This document shows, piece by piece, positions 26,458 through 36,384 of a DNA stretch of 64,000 nt. This stretch comes from Acidobacteriota bacterium. GTDB lineage: Bacteria; Acidobacteriota; CAIWXX01. Below the pieces are notes generated by a model that was given only the letters and a program-made list of their open reading frames with translations, had not been told where the DNA came from and did not search any database. How positions within the stretch are numbered: the first letter of the stretch is position 1; the number at the start of each line of letters is the position of its first letter. The stretch covers positions 64,001-128,000 of the forward strand of contig JBFMAF010000003.1 of the NCBI GenBank assembly GCA_040755995.1. Direction: 5' to 3'. The position numbers were made by a program, and so were the translations under genes.

Positions 26458-29025
26458 TCAGTCCCTCGCTTGTTGAATTGGGAATGGCTTGTAGAACACC
26501 ATCGAGCCCGTGGACAGCAGGTACTCGGTGCGGTCGATGATCTCTTTCTGCATCTGTGGATTCAGGTCCTTGAAGTAGGCCGTGTAGCCCGAGACTCGCA
26601 CCAGCAGCTCTGGGTAATTCTCCGGATGCGCAACTGCATCCACGAATGTGTCGTGCGTCGTCACGTTGAACTGGATCTCCATGCCGCCCTCGGTTCGGCC
26701 GTCGCGATCGTCGAAATAGCCCTCCACCGAGGCCACGAAGTTGTCGAGCATCCGCTCGGGATCCCCGCTCTCCGGCGTGTACTTGAGATTCAAGGCCACG
26801 CCGTTTGAAAGGCATTGGGCAGGCTGGCGGGCGACCGAGTTCAACGCCTTGGTCAGACAGGGGGTGACTCCGGATACAGGCGTGATGCCGCTGGTGAAGT
26901 TCTCGTGGGCCTTGCGGCCGTTCGGAGTGGCTCCCATGAGGCGGCCGAAGCCGGCGTGGTTGGTCATGGTCCAGTAGCCCACTCGATAGCGCCCTCCACG
27001 GTAGTTCACCTTCTCGCCAAAGGCCTGGTCGAGCATGTCGACGATCCACGTGACAGTGGCATCGGCGTCGGCATCGTCGTTGCCGTACTTGGGTGTCTTC
27101 TCGGGGTCGATCAGGCGCTTGTGCAACGCTTCGTGCCCTTCGAAGTCCTTCTGAAGCGCATCCAGGAGAGTGGCGAAGCTCACCCTCTTGTCTTGAAAGA
27201 CGACTCGACGTAGGGCGCTGAGCGAGTCGGCAACGTCCGCGAGGCCGATGATTGTGGCGGCCGAGGCGTTGATGACCGCGCCGCCCTGGATCAGATCACG
27301 ACCGCTGTCCATGGGTCCTTCGAAGAAGGCAGAGAGAATCGGAGTCGGATAGAAATCCTGGTGGACTCGCCCGAGCAGCTCGTTCAGGCGCACCGCCTGC
27401 TCGATCAGCCAGCGGGTCTGCTTGCGGAACGCGGTTCGAAAGTCGGCAAACGAGGCGAACCGCGCGGGATCGCCGGTCTCGAAGCTGATGAGCCGGTCCG
27501 GCCCCGTGTGCCGGTGCCGGCCGTTGAACAGCGTGAGCTCCAGAGCCGACGTCAGGTTGAGCAGGATCGACGCGCTGCTCCCGTAGGACCTCCCGTTGCT
27601 GCCCGGCTCCACACACCCGATCACTCCGTAGTCACGCGCCTGTTCCGGAGTGTCGTGCTTGGAGGTCAGCGCCTTGATGACGGCGCGATCGTTGTGCAGA
27701 GCAGGAGTGGCGCCGGTCGTGATATTGACCTCGCACAATCTGCGGAGGTATCCCTTCGAGTTGACTCCCGGGAAGTACCGGGCATTGAGGTTCGGATCTC
27801 TCAGGCGCATCAGCTCGGTGGCTCTGAGCATCACGTAGGTCAAGTCGTTTACCGCGTCGTTGCCGTCTCGGTCAACACCGCCGATAGTGATGGCCTGGTT
27901 GGAGCCCGTGCCGCCGAACAGCTGCTCGCCGGTCTCGGGGATCATGGGGACGTGGTCGCCGATCTTGAGCCACAGGCAGCAGATCAGGTCGACGGCGTCC
28001 TGCACGGTGATGACGCCGGTTTCGACGTCGTGGCGATAGAGGGGCCAGAGCACCCGGTCCAGCCTGCCGAGGCTCATACCGATGTTCGGGTTTTCGAGAT
28101 GGATCGCGGTCCAGCAGATCCAGACCGTCGTGAGCCCCTCGCGGAAGCTCTGCGCGGGGTGCTCGGGCACGCGCCTGTGGACTTGGGCCAGATCCAGAAG
28201 CTCGCGCTTGCGGACGGGGTCCGGCTCGGTCCGGGCCATGGCTTCTGCCTGATCCGCCAGCCGCCGCGAGTAGCTGACCACACCTTCGAGCACCTCGGCG
28301 ACGGCCTGGTAGAACTCCTTCTGAGACGAATCGCTCGTGGCTGCCGCCCGGGCTGTCGCTTCTTCGATCATCGCCCGCAAGCCGACGCCGATGGCCTTGC
28401 TGAAGTCCGGGATGGTGTGAGAGATGCATTCGGGCTTGCTGACCAGGAAGAAGACCAGCCACTGGAGGAGCTTGAACTCGAGCAAATTGTGTTCGGATGC
28501 GCGGCAGGCCGGTTTCCCGTTCAGCGCCCGCTTCCGTGCCAACTCCAGAATCGTGTTCTCGATCCAATGCGGGAAGATCTCCTCGTTGAGCGCCTTCACT
28601 TCGGCTTCAGTGATCTGAAACGGGTTGCTCGCACGGCTCTGCATCGTCCAGAGCTCCGGCCAGAGACTCAGCGCGAGGAACTCCGGGTACAGGGGGACTC
28701 CCTTGAACTTGCTGGTGGTGGAGCCGGCGAAGAGCGAGTCCTCGACGAACTCGAACCGCTTCATCCCCTTTTCGTAGCCGCACGTGTGGCTGACGACGGG
28801 CGTGCGGTTTTCCAGCACGTACCGGTACATCCTGGCCTTTTCCAAGATGGAGATCCGAGCTCGGCCGAAGAGCCCGTGTTCGAGGCTGTACCGGGTGATC
28901 AAGCGAGGCCGTTCGACGCAGATCTCGGGCATTGCCCGGAAGTAGATCTGCTTGAGTTGGGTCACACGGGGAGTCAGCCAGCACTCCCGTAGCGAGATGT
29001 CCTGAAGTGCCATGGTTGTCGTCAC
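26458..29025 (-). CDS. Glycyl radical enzyme (PFL2/dehydratase-like), substrate unknown
   Basis: GCVEP Cys loop, PKYGND, LLVRVSGY Gly loop. Confidence 0.95.
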   Translation of the reverse strand: MTTTMALQDISLRECWLTPRVTQLKQIYFRAMPEICVERPRLITRYSLEHGLFGRARISILEKARMYRYVLENRTPVVSHTCGYEKGMKRFEFVEDSLFAGSTTSKFKGVPLYPEFLALSLWPELWTMQSRASNPFQITEAEVKALNEEIFPHWIENTILELARKRALNGKPACRASEHNLLEFKLLQWLVFFLVSKPECISHTIPDFSKAIGVGLRAMIEEATARAAATSDSSQKEFYQAVAEVLEGVVSYSRRLADQAEAMARTEPDPVRKRELLDLAQVHRRVPEHPAQSFREGLTTVWICWTAIHLENPNIGMSLGRLDRVLWPLYRHDVETGVITVQDAVDLICCLWLKIGDHVPMIPETGEQLFGGTGSNQAITIGGVDRDGNDAVNDLTYVMLRATELMRLRDPNLNARYFPGVNSKGYLRRLCEVNITTGATPALHNDRAVIKALTSKHDTPEQARDYGVIGCVEPGSNGRSYGSSASILLNLTSALELTLFNGRHRHTGPDRLISFETGDPARFASFADFRTAFRKQTRWLIEQAVRLNELLGRVHQDFYPTPILSAFFEGPMDSGRDLIQGGAVINASAATIIGLADVADSLSALRRVVFQDKRVSFATLLDALQKDFEGHEALHKRLIDPEKTPKYGNDDADADATVTWIVDMLDQAFGEKVNYRGGRYRVGYWTMTNHAGFGRLMGATPNGRKAHENFTSGITPVSGVTPCLTKALNSVARQPAQCLSNGVALNLKYTPESGDPERMLDNFVASVEGYFDDRDGRTEGGMEIQFNVTTHDTFVDAVAHPENYPELLVRVSGYTAYFKDLNPQMQKEIIDRTEYLLSTGSMVFYKPFPIQQARD

Positions 29026-29105
29026 CTCAAAATGGGTTGCCCTGGGTAACGGGACCTTGCTTCTCCGTCAAGCAAATCCCTGCGCCATTGTCCTTCCGCA
29101 GGTCT

Positions 29106-29426
29106 CTATGGGCATTTCCGCGGGGGCTTGCAGACGGAGCAAGGCTTGTAGCCGTGGCTCTTGGCCCAGTCGAGCGTGACCCGTTTCTTCGAGCGGTTCA
29201 AGTACCGGCAATTGGCCCGGTGATACTTGGTGCCGGTCTTGGTGATGTAGACGTAGCAGGTCGCGAGGTCATTCTCGGACATGGTGGGTTCCGGGGCGCT
29301 CGGCGCAACGAGAGCCAGTTCCTGGCTTGGCAGAGTCGGGGTCTGCTGGCATGAGGCTGCGGAGAAGACGACGGCGAAAACGAATGCAACGCATGCGAGC
29401 AATAGGACGGTGCGGTGCCTGTGCAT
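29106..29426 (-). CDS. Small lipoprotein-like protein with an Ada-like metal-binding domain
   Basis: AAGGAGG RBS; signal ending SAASC; VYITKTGTKYH...C...GYKPCSVC. Confidence 0.8.
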   Translation of the reverse strand: MHRHRTVLLLACVAFVFAVVFSAASCQQTPTLPSQELALVAPSAPEPTMSENDLATCYVYITKTGTKYHRANCRYLNRSKKRVTLDWAKSHGYKPCSVCKPPRKCP

Positions 29427-29728
29427 GGTCAACCTCCTTGATAGTGAGCACGCCTGGGGCTTGCGAGGGAACGTCGGCGAGATCCCGGCAGCGCCGGGTG
29501 CGTCATCGATTCCCACACATCCCTCTCTGCAGTATTAGTGGCACCTGGAAGTGAGAATCTTGGGTCATCAGAAATAGAGCTCCCCGCCCGCCAATCTCGC
29601 CCCTCGTTCCGGCAGCCTTCCTGGCTTCAAGTGCTACTTCCACTCATCAAGCATCCCCCCTCACGCGTGGCTCAAAGACCGTCGACCTCGCCCGGCCAGC
29701 GGGTGTAGGCTGAGTCATTCGGTGGTCT

Positions 29729-30835
29729 TCACCACATCATCACCACCGTCTGGCCGGCGCGTTCGCTGTAATACAAACGAATACGGAGCACGTATTTGAG
29801 ATCTTTGGTCAGTTTCAGCCGGATGTGGGCGTTGTAGTCCTCGCCACTATCATCATCGGCAGTCAGGTAGCGCAGCTCCCCGGCGGCGTCCTCGAAGAGG
29901 ACCATGACGGTGTCGGACTCACCGAAGGTCCTGATTTCGTAGTAGCGAGTCGCATCGGGCTTGATGAGGAAGTTGCGTTGCTCACCCGGCGCGATCGCGA
30001 GCTCCACCGACTTCAGTGGCAGTAGCTCCGTGTAGTCGGCTGCCGTCAGCGGAGGGTAGAACGTTCTGACCCATTGCTTGTCGCGATCGGAAAGGCCGCC
30101 TGCCGGCGCCAGACCATCGCGGTACTGCGCCGGTTCCTTGATGAGGCCGGCCTCGAAGGGGTAGTGCATGATGGAATTCGGGTCCCAACTCGACCCCTGC
30201 ACAGCGTCAGGGCTGATCTTGCGGATGATGTTGTAGTATGTCTTGTCCCGATCCCACTCATTCGGCGGCTGGGCGAGCGCTGCATATACGGCTTCCTCGT
30301 CCCAGACGATTCCGGCGTTCGGATTCTGATGCTCGTGGGGGAAACCGAGCGTGTGGCCGATCTCGTGGACGGCCGTGTCGATCTCAGTCGGATCTCGGGT
30401 GAGATCCCAGCCGAAGTTCATGGTCCGCTCATCACGCCCTTGACCGAGGATGTCTCTACCGACGTACGACCATGCTCCATCGCCCCGCATGAACCCAATC
30501 CTGATTTCCGCGTCATCGCGCGAAGCCACTTCCTTGAGATCGAGCCCGATACCCATCTGCTTCCAGACTGCGAATGCCTGACGTACTACGTCCTTCTCCT
30601 CCTGAGTGGTGGTCCACGGGCGCCACTCGCTCGTGCCGTTGGACAAGAGAACGGACTGGCCGTCGGTTGGCTTGTCGAAGAAGTAGTAGTGCAGCACGGT
30701 GCCGTTCACCCACTTCTTGGCCGTCATGAGTATTAGCCGGGCTCTCACAAGTCCGACATCAGGTCCGAAGACCCGTTCCGAAACCTGCGGCAACGAACAG
30801 TAGGAATGCTTGTGTCTCGCTGCTGAATCGACCAT
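29729..30835 (-). CDS. M12/astacin-like zinc metallopeptidase with a C-terminal beta domain
   Basis: HEIGHTLGFPHEH zinc motif; SIMHY Met-turn. Confidence 0.92.
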   Translation of the reverse strand: MVDSAARHKHSYCSLPQVSERVFGPDVGLVRARLILMTAKKWVNGTVLHYYFFDKPTDGQSVLLSNGTSEWRPWTTTQEEKDVVRQAFAVWKQMGIGLDLKEVASRDDAEIRIGFMRGDGAWSYVGRDILGQGRDERTMNFGWDLTRDPTEIDTAVHEIGHTLGFPHEHQNPNAGIVWDEEAVYAALAQPPNEWDRDKTYYNIIRKISPDAVQGSSWDPNSIMHYPFEAGLIKEPAQYRDGLAPAGGLSDRDKQWVRTFYPPLTAADYTELLPLKSVELAIAPGEQRNFLIKPDATRYYEIRTFGESDTVMVLFEDAAGELRYLTADDDSGEDYNAHIRLKLTKDLKYVLRIRLYYSERAGQTVVMMW

Positions 30836-30930
30836 CTGTCTCGACCTCCTAAATGGCGAAATCGTCTAACCCTTGTTCATGCGGCATTGATACGACGCCC
30901 TACGGGCAAGCCTCAGAGCGCGCCCACTGC

Positions 30931-31746
30931 CTACCCCAGTACCTTCCATTTCTTCATGGACTTCGAGCCATACAGATTCGGCGTCTGCGGATATTGCTGC
31001 GAGGGCAGCGCATCGCGTATGGCCCTGTACCAATCCGCGTATGTGGCGTTCGCCGGCAACGGCGAAAGGGCGCGCAGGGCCACGAACGTGAAGGCACCGT
31101 TGGGACGTCCCTGGAAATAGGCGTCGTAGCTGTACTCAGTGTCCTGGCATCCCGCCATGAGGAGCGCGGCGTAGCGCCCGGGCGGGCTGGATTTGCGCAT
31201 TGCACGCCGCACACCGAGCTTCGCAGCGTCGCGCTTCGCCAGAAACACAGACGGAGGCAGGAAGCGGACTTTCCGCTGGGGCGCGTGCTTTGCCTTCGTG
31301 GTTGGGGGAGTTGTGATCGGAGCGAATCTCGCCACGGTGCCGGAGTGGCAGGAATCAGAGATCATGAGGAGGTTCACGCCCTGCTGCCTTGCGCTATAGA
31401 TCTCGAACAGCTCGTCGTCGGTGATTGGACCCTTGGCGCCGATGTCGTAAGGGCAGAGGCACTCATCCGTGCCGTCTGGCTCGTCACCGTCCTCATCGGG
31501 CACGAACGACCCATGGCCGGAGTACTGAATCACGACGAGGTCGCCCGCGCTTGCACCGGTGACCGCCGCAAGCATGGCCGACCGCATCGCCTTTCCCGTG
31601 GCCTGCTGATCGAACAGCTGCTTCACGGCGAATCCTCGGTTCGAGAGTGCCTTGGCCCAGTCGTTCGCGTCGTTGACGCATCCGGCAAGGTCACTGTTGG
31701 TTCCAGGGTAGTTGTTGATCCCCATGCACAATGCATACTTAGCCAT
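30931..31746 (-). CDS. Caspase-family (C14/metacaspase) protease
   Basis: LAGCVND, YSGHG, SDSCHSG and GAFT motifs. Confidence 0.93.
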   Translation of the reverse strand: MAKYALCMGINNYPGTNSDLAGCVNDANDWAKALSNRGFAVKQLFDQQATGKAMRSAMLAAVTGASAGDLVVIQYSGHGSFVPDEDGDEPDGTDECLCPYDIGAKGPITDDELFEIYSARQQGVNLLMISDSCHSGTVARFAPITTPPTTKAKHAPQRKVRFLPPSVFLAKRDAAKLGVRRAMRKSSPPGRYAALLMAGCQDTEYSYDAYFQGRPNGAFTFVALRALSPLPANATYADWYRAIRDALPSQQYPQTPNLYGSKSMKKWKVLG

Positions 31747-31798
31747 GTCTTGTTCTCCTTTCTCTGAAAGCCGATAATCTTGTTCACCCGGGGAACTG

Positions 31799-32137
31799 CT
31801 AGCCGCCGGCTGCCGAATTGACGGCGGGCTTGGGCGCTTTGAGCCTTGCCAGGCGCTCGGTCGCGGTCTCCTGCACGATCATGCCCTGCTCCATCAGAAC
31901 CCCGAGCGTGAAGAGGTAGGTTCCCAGGTCCCTGACGATTGCGTCCCGCACCGCGGCGAGAACGGGGGAGACGATCAGGAGAGATAGCGGGATCCCGAGC
32001 AGGAGCTGCTTCCGGAGCGGCGGGCTGTTGGGCCCCGGCATCGCTTTCTTTCGAACGATGATGCCGGCGAAGTACGCGAGGAACGGCACTGCCAGAACAA
32101 GGACGTTCAGAAGGAGGAAGCTGGGTTGGACGCCCAT
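31799..32137 (-). CDS. 112-aa membrane protein
   Basis: GAGG RBS; about three hydrophobic segments. Confidence 0.65.
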   Translation of the reverse strand: MGVQPSFLLLNVLVLAVPFLAYFAGIIVRKKAMPGPNSPPLRKQLLLGIPLSLLIVSPVLAAVRDAIVRDLGTYLFTLGVLMEQGMIVQETATERLARLKAPKPAVNSAAGG

Positions 32138-32141
32138 GGCA

Positions 32142-32519
32142 CTATTCCTCCTTCCTCGGGCTGGCCTTCAGGGTCATCTCAGCGTCCTTCTTGCCCAGGT
32201 ACACCCAGCCGGCCTTCTTCTCATTCGAGTCGGCCGGATCAGTCAGTTCTACCTTCAGCCACTGGTAGTCGCCAAAAAGGGTCCGGACGGGTGCAACCTC
32301 AGTCGCCTTGAGGACCGTGCCTTTGGGGACGGTCCCGATCTGATCGCCCGGGAGGTAGAAGAGACCCGACGGGTGCTTGCCTTGTCCGGCCAGTCTGATC
32401 AGCGTGTTGTCGAACAGGTCCCTGTCGACGACCATGCGAATCGCATCGAACTTCACGTATCGCATGGCCGCCTGCGGATCGGGCGGGTCCAGCGTCTTGT
32501 CGAGTCGTTCGATCGCCAT
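32142..32519 (-). CDS. Hypothetical protein with an SH3b-like beta domain
   Basis: GAGGGG RBS; IGTVPKG...WLKV...GWVY pattern. Confidence 0.55.
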   Translation of the reverse strand: MAIERLDKTLDPPDPQAAMRYVKFDAIRMVVDRDLFDNTLIRLAGQGKHPSGLFYLPGDQIGTVPKGTVLKATEVAPVRTLFGDYQWLKVELTDPADSNEKKAGWVYLGKKDAEMTLKASPRKEE

Positions 32520-32698
32520 AGCCTTCCCCCTCGTCAGACTAAGTGTCATGACCAGGTCATTATCTTGGCCCCAGGGCGAGAGAATAGGTCAGCCTGGGGG
32601 TACGCTTCTGGCGTGCCGAGCAGCGCGACCCGCACGACCAACACCGAGCTGCACAGCGACCTCAGTTCGTTCATCGCACATTTCCTCCGTCCACCACC

Positions 32699-34351
32699 TC
32701 ATTGATTCTCATCCGCCCCATGAAACAGCGAGCTGCCCTGGAGAGTCCGGCCGACGCAAGCGAGGGCCCCGGATTCGACTACGGACTTCGCGGCGAGCTG
32801 GCCGATACGATCCGACAGCCGGGATAGCTTTGTGGCGAACTCATCATGTTTGACTGCCACCTCGGTGGCAAGATCGGTGACTGCTGCAGGCCGTACCGCG
32901 GCCGAGGACGACCGAAAAGCGTCAGCCAGAGATTGGCAGGAACGGATCATGAAACGGTTCGCCGAGGACACAGTGTCCCATAGGGCGGCTTGGGTATCTT
33001 CGCCATCGGAGTAAAAGCGGCGCAGGGCCGCCGCCTGGAGGTGAACCCAGCGACTGAGTGTCATCACCCCACCGTCCCCGTGCATCCACAGCCTGAAGGC
33101 ATCTGACAGCGCCCGGAAATACTCATCCAGCAGGCCGTCCCGAAAAGCGTAGTCTTCGTATGGGGATGTCCCTCGAAGACGCTTCAGTTTCCTGAGCTCT
33201 TCGTCGATTCTCGTTCCGGCCAACGGCAGCATCTTTCCGAGTGAGACAGCAGCAGAACCGTCTCCGCAGAGGGACTCCAGGAAGCCCAGGTTCTCTCTGA
33301 CCGTGTCAAACGTACTGTCGGGGTCGAAGAGCATGAATCCGAACTCGTACGCCATCCCGAGTTTCTTCAGGGTTCTCACCGCCGCAAGGTTGGTTTCGGG
33401 GCTGATCTGTTTCCTCATCAGTTCAAGCCCGGCACGAGTGCCGGACTCGATACCCAAGTAGACCATGCCGAGGCCATGCTCCATCATGAGAGAGATGTTC
33501 GCCTCGTCAACCTCGTTGGGCCGACAACTGACCTTCCAGAGCAGGCTGTGCTGCAATCCGGCGGTCCTCAGGGCTCCACAGAAGGCCTCAAGCCAGGCCC
33601 TGCCGGGTCTCCCTCCCATCGGGAAGTCATCGTCCTGGAACAAGAAGACGGCGCAGCCTGATTCTTCGTAGTGTAGCTGCATCTCCCTGACCACATACTC
33701 TGGTTGCCTGATCCGCTTGACCTTCCCCGGGGGTTGGGCATAGAAACTCCTGATGCTGCAGAAGCTGCAGTTGTAGTAGCAGCCCCTTCCCGCCAGGATG
33801 TTGACGATCTTTCTGCCCAGAACCTCCGGCCGCGTGACTTTTCGGACAGGCAGTGGGAACTTGTCCAGATTGTCCGCCAACGGCCTCAAGCCGGTGCAGC
33901 GCACCTGGTCGGCGTCTCTATAGGCTATGCCCGTCACATGCTTCCAGTCCCGCCCGTCGCGTATCGCTTCTGACAGTTCCGCGAAGGTATGTTCGCCTTC
34001 GAACAGCACGACCGAATCCAGTTGAGGAGCCAGATACAGGAGTTCCTTGTATCGGAAGCTGGGGTAATGTCCTCCCGCACAGAAGTGGCACTCAAGTCCG
34101 CCCTCTCTCAGGTAAGTCATCAGATTCCGGAACTCGTCCAGGTGGTATTGAAATACAATCGAGAAGCCGGTGATCAGGGGCCGTGGGTTCAGGAGGCTCT
34201 CCAGAATCGTGGGGAAGGGCTCTCTCATGTCAACCAGGGTGATGGCGAATCCCTTTTCCAGAAGGATCGAGGCGATGTACCCTACCCCCAAGTTGTCATG
34301 GTCGAGATAGGCAACAAACGCAATCTGATTGCTTGACATCGGACCACCCAT
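32699..34351 (-). CDS. B12-binding radical SAM enzyme (class B methyltransferase-like)
   Basis: NLGVGYIAS, GGHYP, FEGE, RGCYYNCSFC, FQDDDF and GIESG motifs. Confidence 0.92.
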   Translation of the reverse strand: MGGPMSSNQIAFVAYLDHDNLGVGYIASILLEKGFAITLVDMREPFPTILESLLNPRPLITGFSIVFQYHLDEFRNLMTYLREGGLECHFCAGGHYPSFRYKELLYLAPQLDSVVLFEGEHTFAELSEAIRDGRDWKHVTGIAYRDADQVRCTGLRPLADNLDKFPLPVRKVTRPEVLGRKIVNILAGRGCYYNCSFCSIRSFYAQPPGKVKRIRQPEYVVREMQLHYEESGCAVFLFQDDDFPMGGRPGRAWLEAFCGALRTAGLQHSLLWKVSCRPNEVDEANISLMMEHGLGMVYLGIESGTRAGLELMRKQISPETNLAAVRTLKKLGMAYEFGFMLFDPDSTFDTVRENLGFLESLCGDGSAAVSLGKMLPLAGTRIDEELRKLKRLRGTSPYEDYAFRDGLLDEYFRALSDAFRLWMHGDGGVMTLSRWVHLQAAALRRFYSDGEDTQAALWDTVSSANRFMIRSCQSLADAFRSSSAAVRPAAVTDLATEVAVKHDEFATKLSRLSDRIGQLAAKSVVESGALACVGRTLQGSSLFHGADENQ

Positions 34352-34451
34352 CGCGTGTCTTGCGGCGGGCTGCGCATGGCAAGACCACTACGTTTTCCGA
34401 AAACCCCGAGATCAGACTCCACATGCCCTCCCCTTGGGGGGCACACGGAGC

Positions 34452-34706
34452 CTAGCGCCCCAGGCCCTCGATCAGCTTCTGCATCTCCACAAGCGCTTCC
34501 CTCTCAAGTTTCAAGCGTTCCATGTCGACGGCGATCATCTTCTCTTGGAACCTCAGGCCTACTGCCGCCACCTGTATCAGCTGCTTCACGTCGAGCTTTC
34601 GATAGAGCTCCGGCACCGGATCCGCAATCTCCATGAGTCGAGTGTGGAACGGAGAAACCACGCGGACATTCTCCATTCTCGGAAGGGTCAAATCGTCGGC
34701 TCCCAT
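34452..34706 (-). CDS. 84-aa candidate precursor peptide (DPVP motif plus helical tail)
   Basis: AAAGGAG RBS before ATG 34706; immediately upstream of the B12-rSAM gene. Confidence 0.7.
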   Translation of the reverse strand: MGADDLTLPRMENVRVVSPFHTRLMEIADPVPELYRKLDVKQLIQVAAVGLRFQEKMIAVDMERLKLEREALVEMQKLIEGLGR

Positions 34707-35179
34707 AACGGCTCCTTTCACCTGTCGCAGCCCGCCGGCAAGGTGTTCAGCCAGGCTCCGGGGTCGGTCCAGCCTGGCAGCGATCGCATCAATTCCAACA
34801 TCTCCCCCTACCTAATGAAGTGTGGTCACGCCTTCGATATCTTGGCGTCCACCGACGAGATAGCGAGGTGCCCGTAGCTCGCAAGACGTGGCGGCCGATG
34901 CTGCAAGCTTGCGGACAGTCCCCACAGGCATCGTTGGGATCTCCTGTCCATGATCGAGAGTGGACCTCGACCACACCTGGCGATCGACCGGTGTCCTGTG
35001 CGCCGCACCTGTGTCGTTGTCTTGCGCGGCTGGTCTGCCTGGTGGTACAACACGCCGTTCCCGCCGTGTGATGAAATGATGTTCCAGACCATCGCGCTCA
35101 GGCCCAACAGGTGAAACAGGATTCCCCACGACGGTCTGTCATCCATTCCGATTCTCCTCTCGGTCACACAATTCGATCG

Positions 35180-36277
35180 CTACGTGCACTTGTCCGGCGG
35201 CTTGCAGACCTTGCACGGGGTATATCCCTTGTCGAGAGCCTCACACACGGTAGTCTTGATCTTGCTCTCGCTCAGATATCGACAGCTGCCGCGATGATAC
35301 TTGTCCCCGGTCTCGGTGATGTAGACAGTCTCGTCCTTCAAATGCCCTTTGTAGATGTGCCTCACGCCGTCGAAGGAAACGCTGAACGTGCCCCATCCGG
35401 AGGTGGTGATGACGATGTCAGTCTCGGTCACCCAGCCTGAACGGGATGGGAGCTCGCCGCCAGATCCCTCCTCGGTGAGGTACATCTTGCATCTCGCCTC
35501 CGCCAACCGATCCAGGACGCCTTGAGCAGGATGCCCATATGAGTTCGGCCCCACCAGGATGATCCCCACCGGCGGTTTGAGCGTGTCCACGAATGCCTGG
35601 TTCGTCGCGTGTGAGCTCCCGTGATGGTTAGCCTTGAACGCGTCCCTCAGACCAACCACCGGCGCAAGCGGGGTTTCCAGGTCGAGGCCGGATGTGCTGT
35701 CGCCCCCGCAATCGCCGCCGGTGAAATAACGGAACTTCCCGAAGCTCAGGATGAAGGCCAGACACAGGTCGTTCTCACCGCGAGCGGAGCCCACCGGACC
35801 GTAGTTGAGGACAGACCCGTTGGCGGCGACGCACTGCAGGGTGACGCCGCCTCCGAGCGTGATCTTCTTGCCGAGAATCATCATCATCCGACCGGCGGCC
35901 CTCGCCGCGGCCGCATAGTCATGGTAGGCGTCAGTCCCACTGGGAGGCGGCGTGGTGCCGCGATCGTAGACTGTCCCCACTCTCGCGACTCCCAGCCCGT
36001 AGATAACCTCATCCAGGCCGCCGACGTGGTCCGCGTCATAGTGGCTTGCCACGATGTACTGCAGCCGTTTGACACCAAGGGTTCGAATGTAAGGGAGGAC
36101 GTGACCAACCCCCTTCCCGCTGCTGCCTGCATCGATCAGCATGTTCTTGCCAGTTGGCGAGGTGATCAGTGTTGCGTCTCCTTGCCCGACATCCATGTGG
36201 TGGATATAGAGATCCTCCGCGACGCTTGTTCCACCAAGAACGAAGCCCGTCAGAACGACAATGCCTATCTTCCTCAT
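35180..36277 (-). CDS. Exported ComEC-like MBL-fold hydrolase with a C-terminal Ada-like domain
   Basis: DVGQGDA, SHYDADHVGG, HHGS, YGHP; tail VYITETGDKYH...GYTPCKVC. Confidence 0.9.
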   Translation of the reverse strand: MRKIGIVVLTGFVLGGTSVAEDLYIHHMDVGQGDATLITSPTGKNMLIDAGSSGKGVGHVLPYIRTLGVKRLQYIVASHYDADHVGGLDEVIYGLGVARVGTVYDRGTTPPPSGTDAYHDYAAAARAAGRMMMILGKKITLGGGVTLQCVAANGSVLNYGPVGSARGENDLCLAFILSFGKFRYFTGGDCGGDSTSGLDLETPLAPVVGLRDAFKANHHGSSHATNQAFVDTLKPPVGIILVGPNSYGHPAQGVLDRLAEARCKMYLTEEGSGGELPSRSGWVTETDIVITTSGWGTFSVSFDGVRHIYKGHLKDETVYITETGDKYHRGSCRYLSESKIKTTVCEALDKGYTPCKVCKPPDKCT

Positions 36278-36384
36278 TGCATCTCCTCCCCACGATCCGC
36301 TGTTCGGATCATGTACAGCCTGCGCCATCAGCCGGCGCCCCACAGCCGATCGAAAGCCGCCCGGATTTCAGACGACAATGTCCA

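Noticed and set aside
27361..28992. Long antisense ORFs (543 aa here; also 61487-63022, 55817-57232, 45222-46442)
   Set aside because: Shadow frames opposite well-supported high-GC genes, with no motifs.
29056..29090. Possible FNR box (TTGCT…GTCAA) and sigma54-like TGGC…TTGC upstream of the GRE
   Set aside because: Spacing is one base off for both consensus sequences.
30864..30930. GTTAGAC on the minus strand upstream of the M12 gene, resembling an attC core site
   Set aside because: No matching RYYYAAC end or palindromic arms after the caspase stop, and no repeats at other gene junctions.
34826..35167. ORF with faint tyrosine-recombinase-like words (FHLL, GHRS, YGHL)
   Set aside because: Catalytic H-x-x-R and correct spacing are missing; too weak to call without a search.
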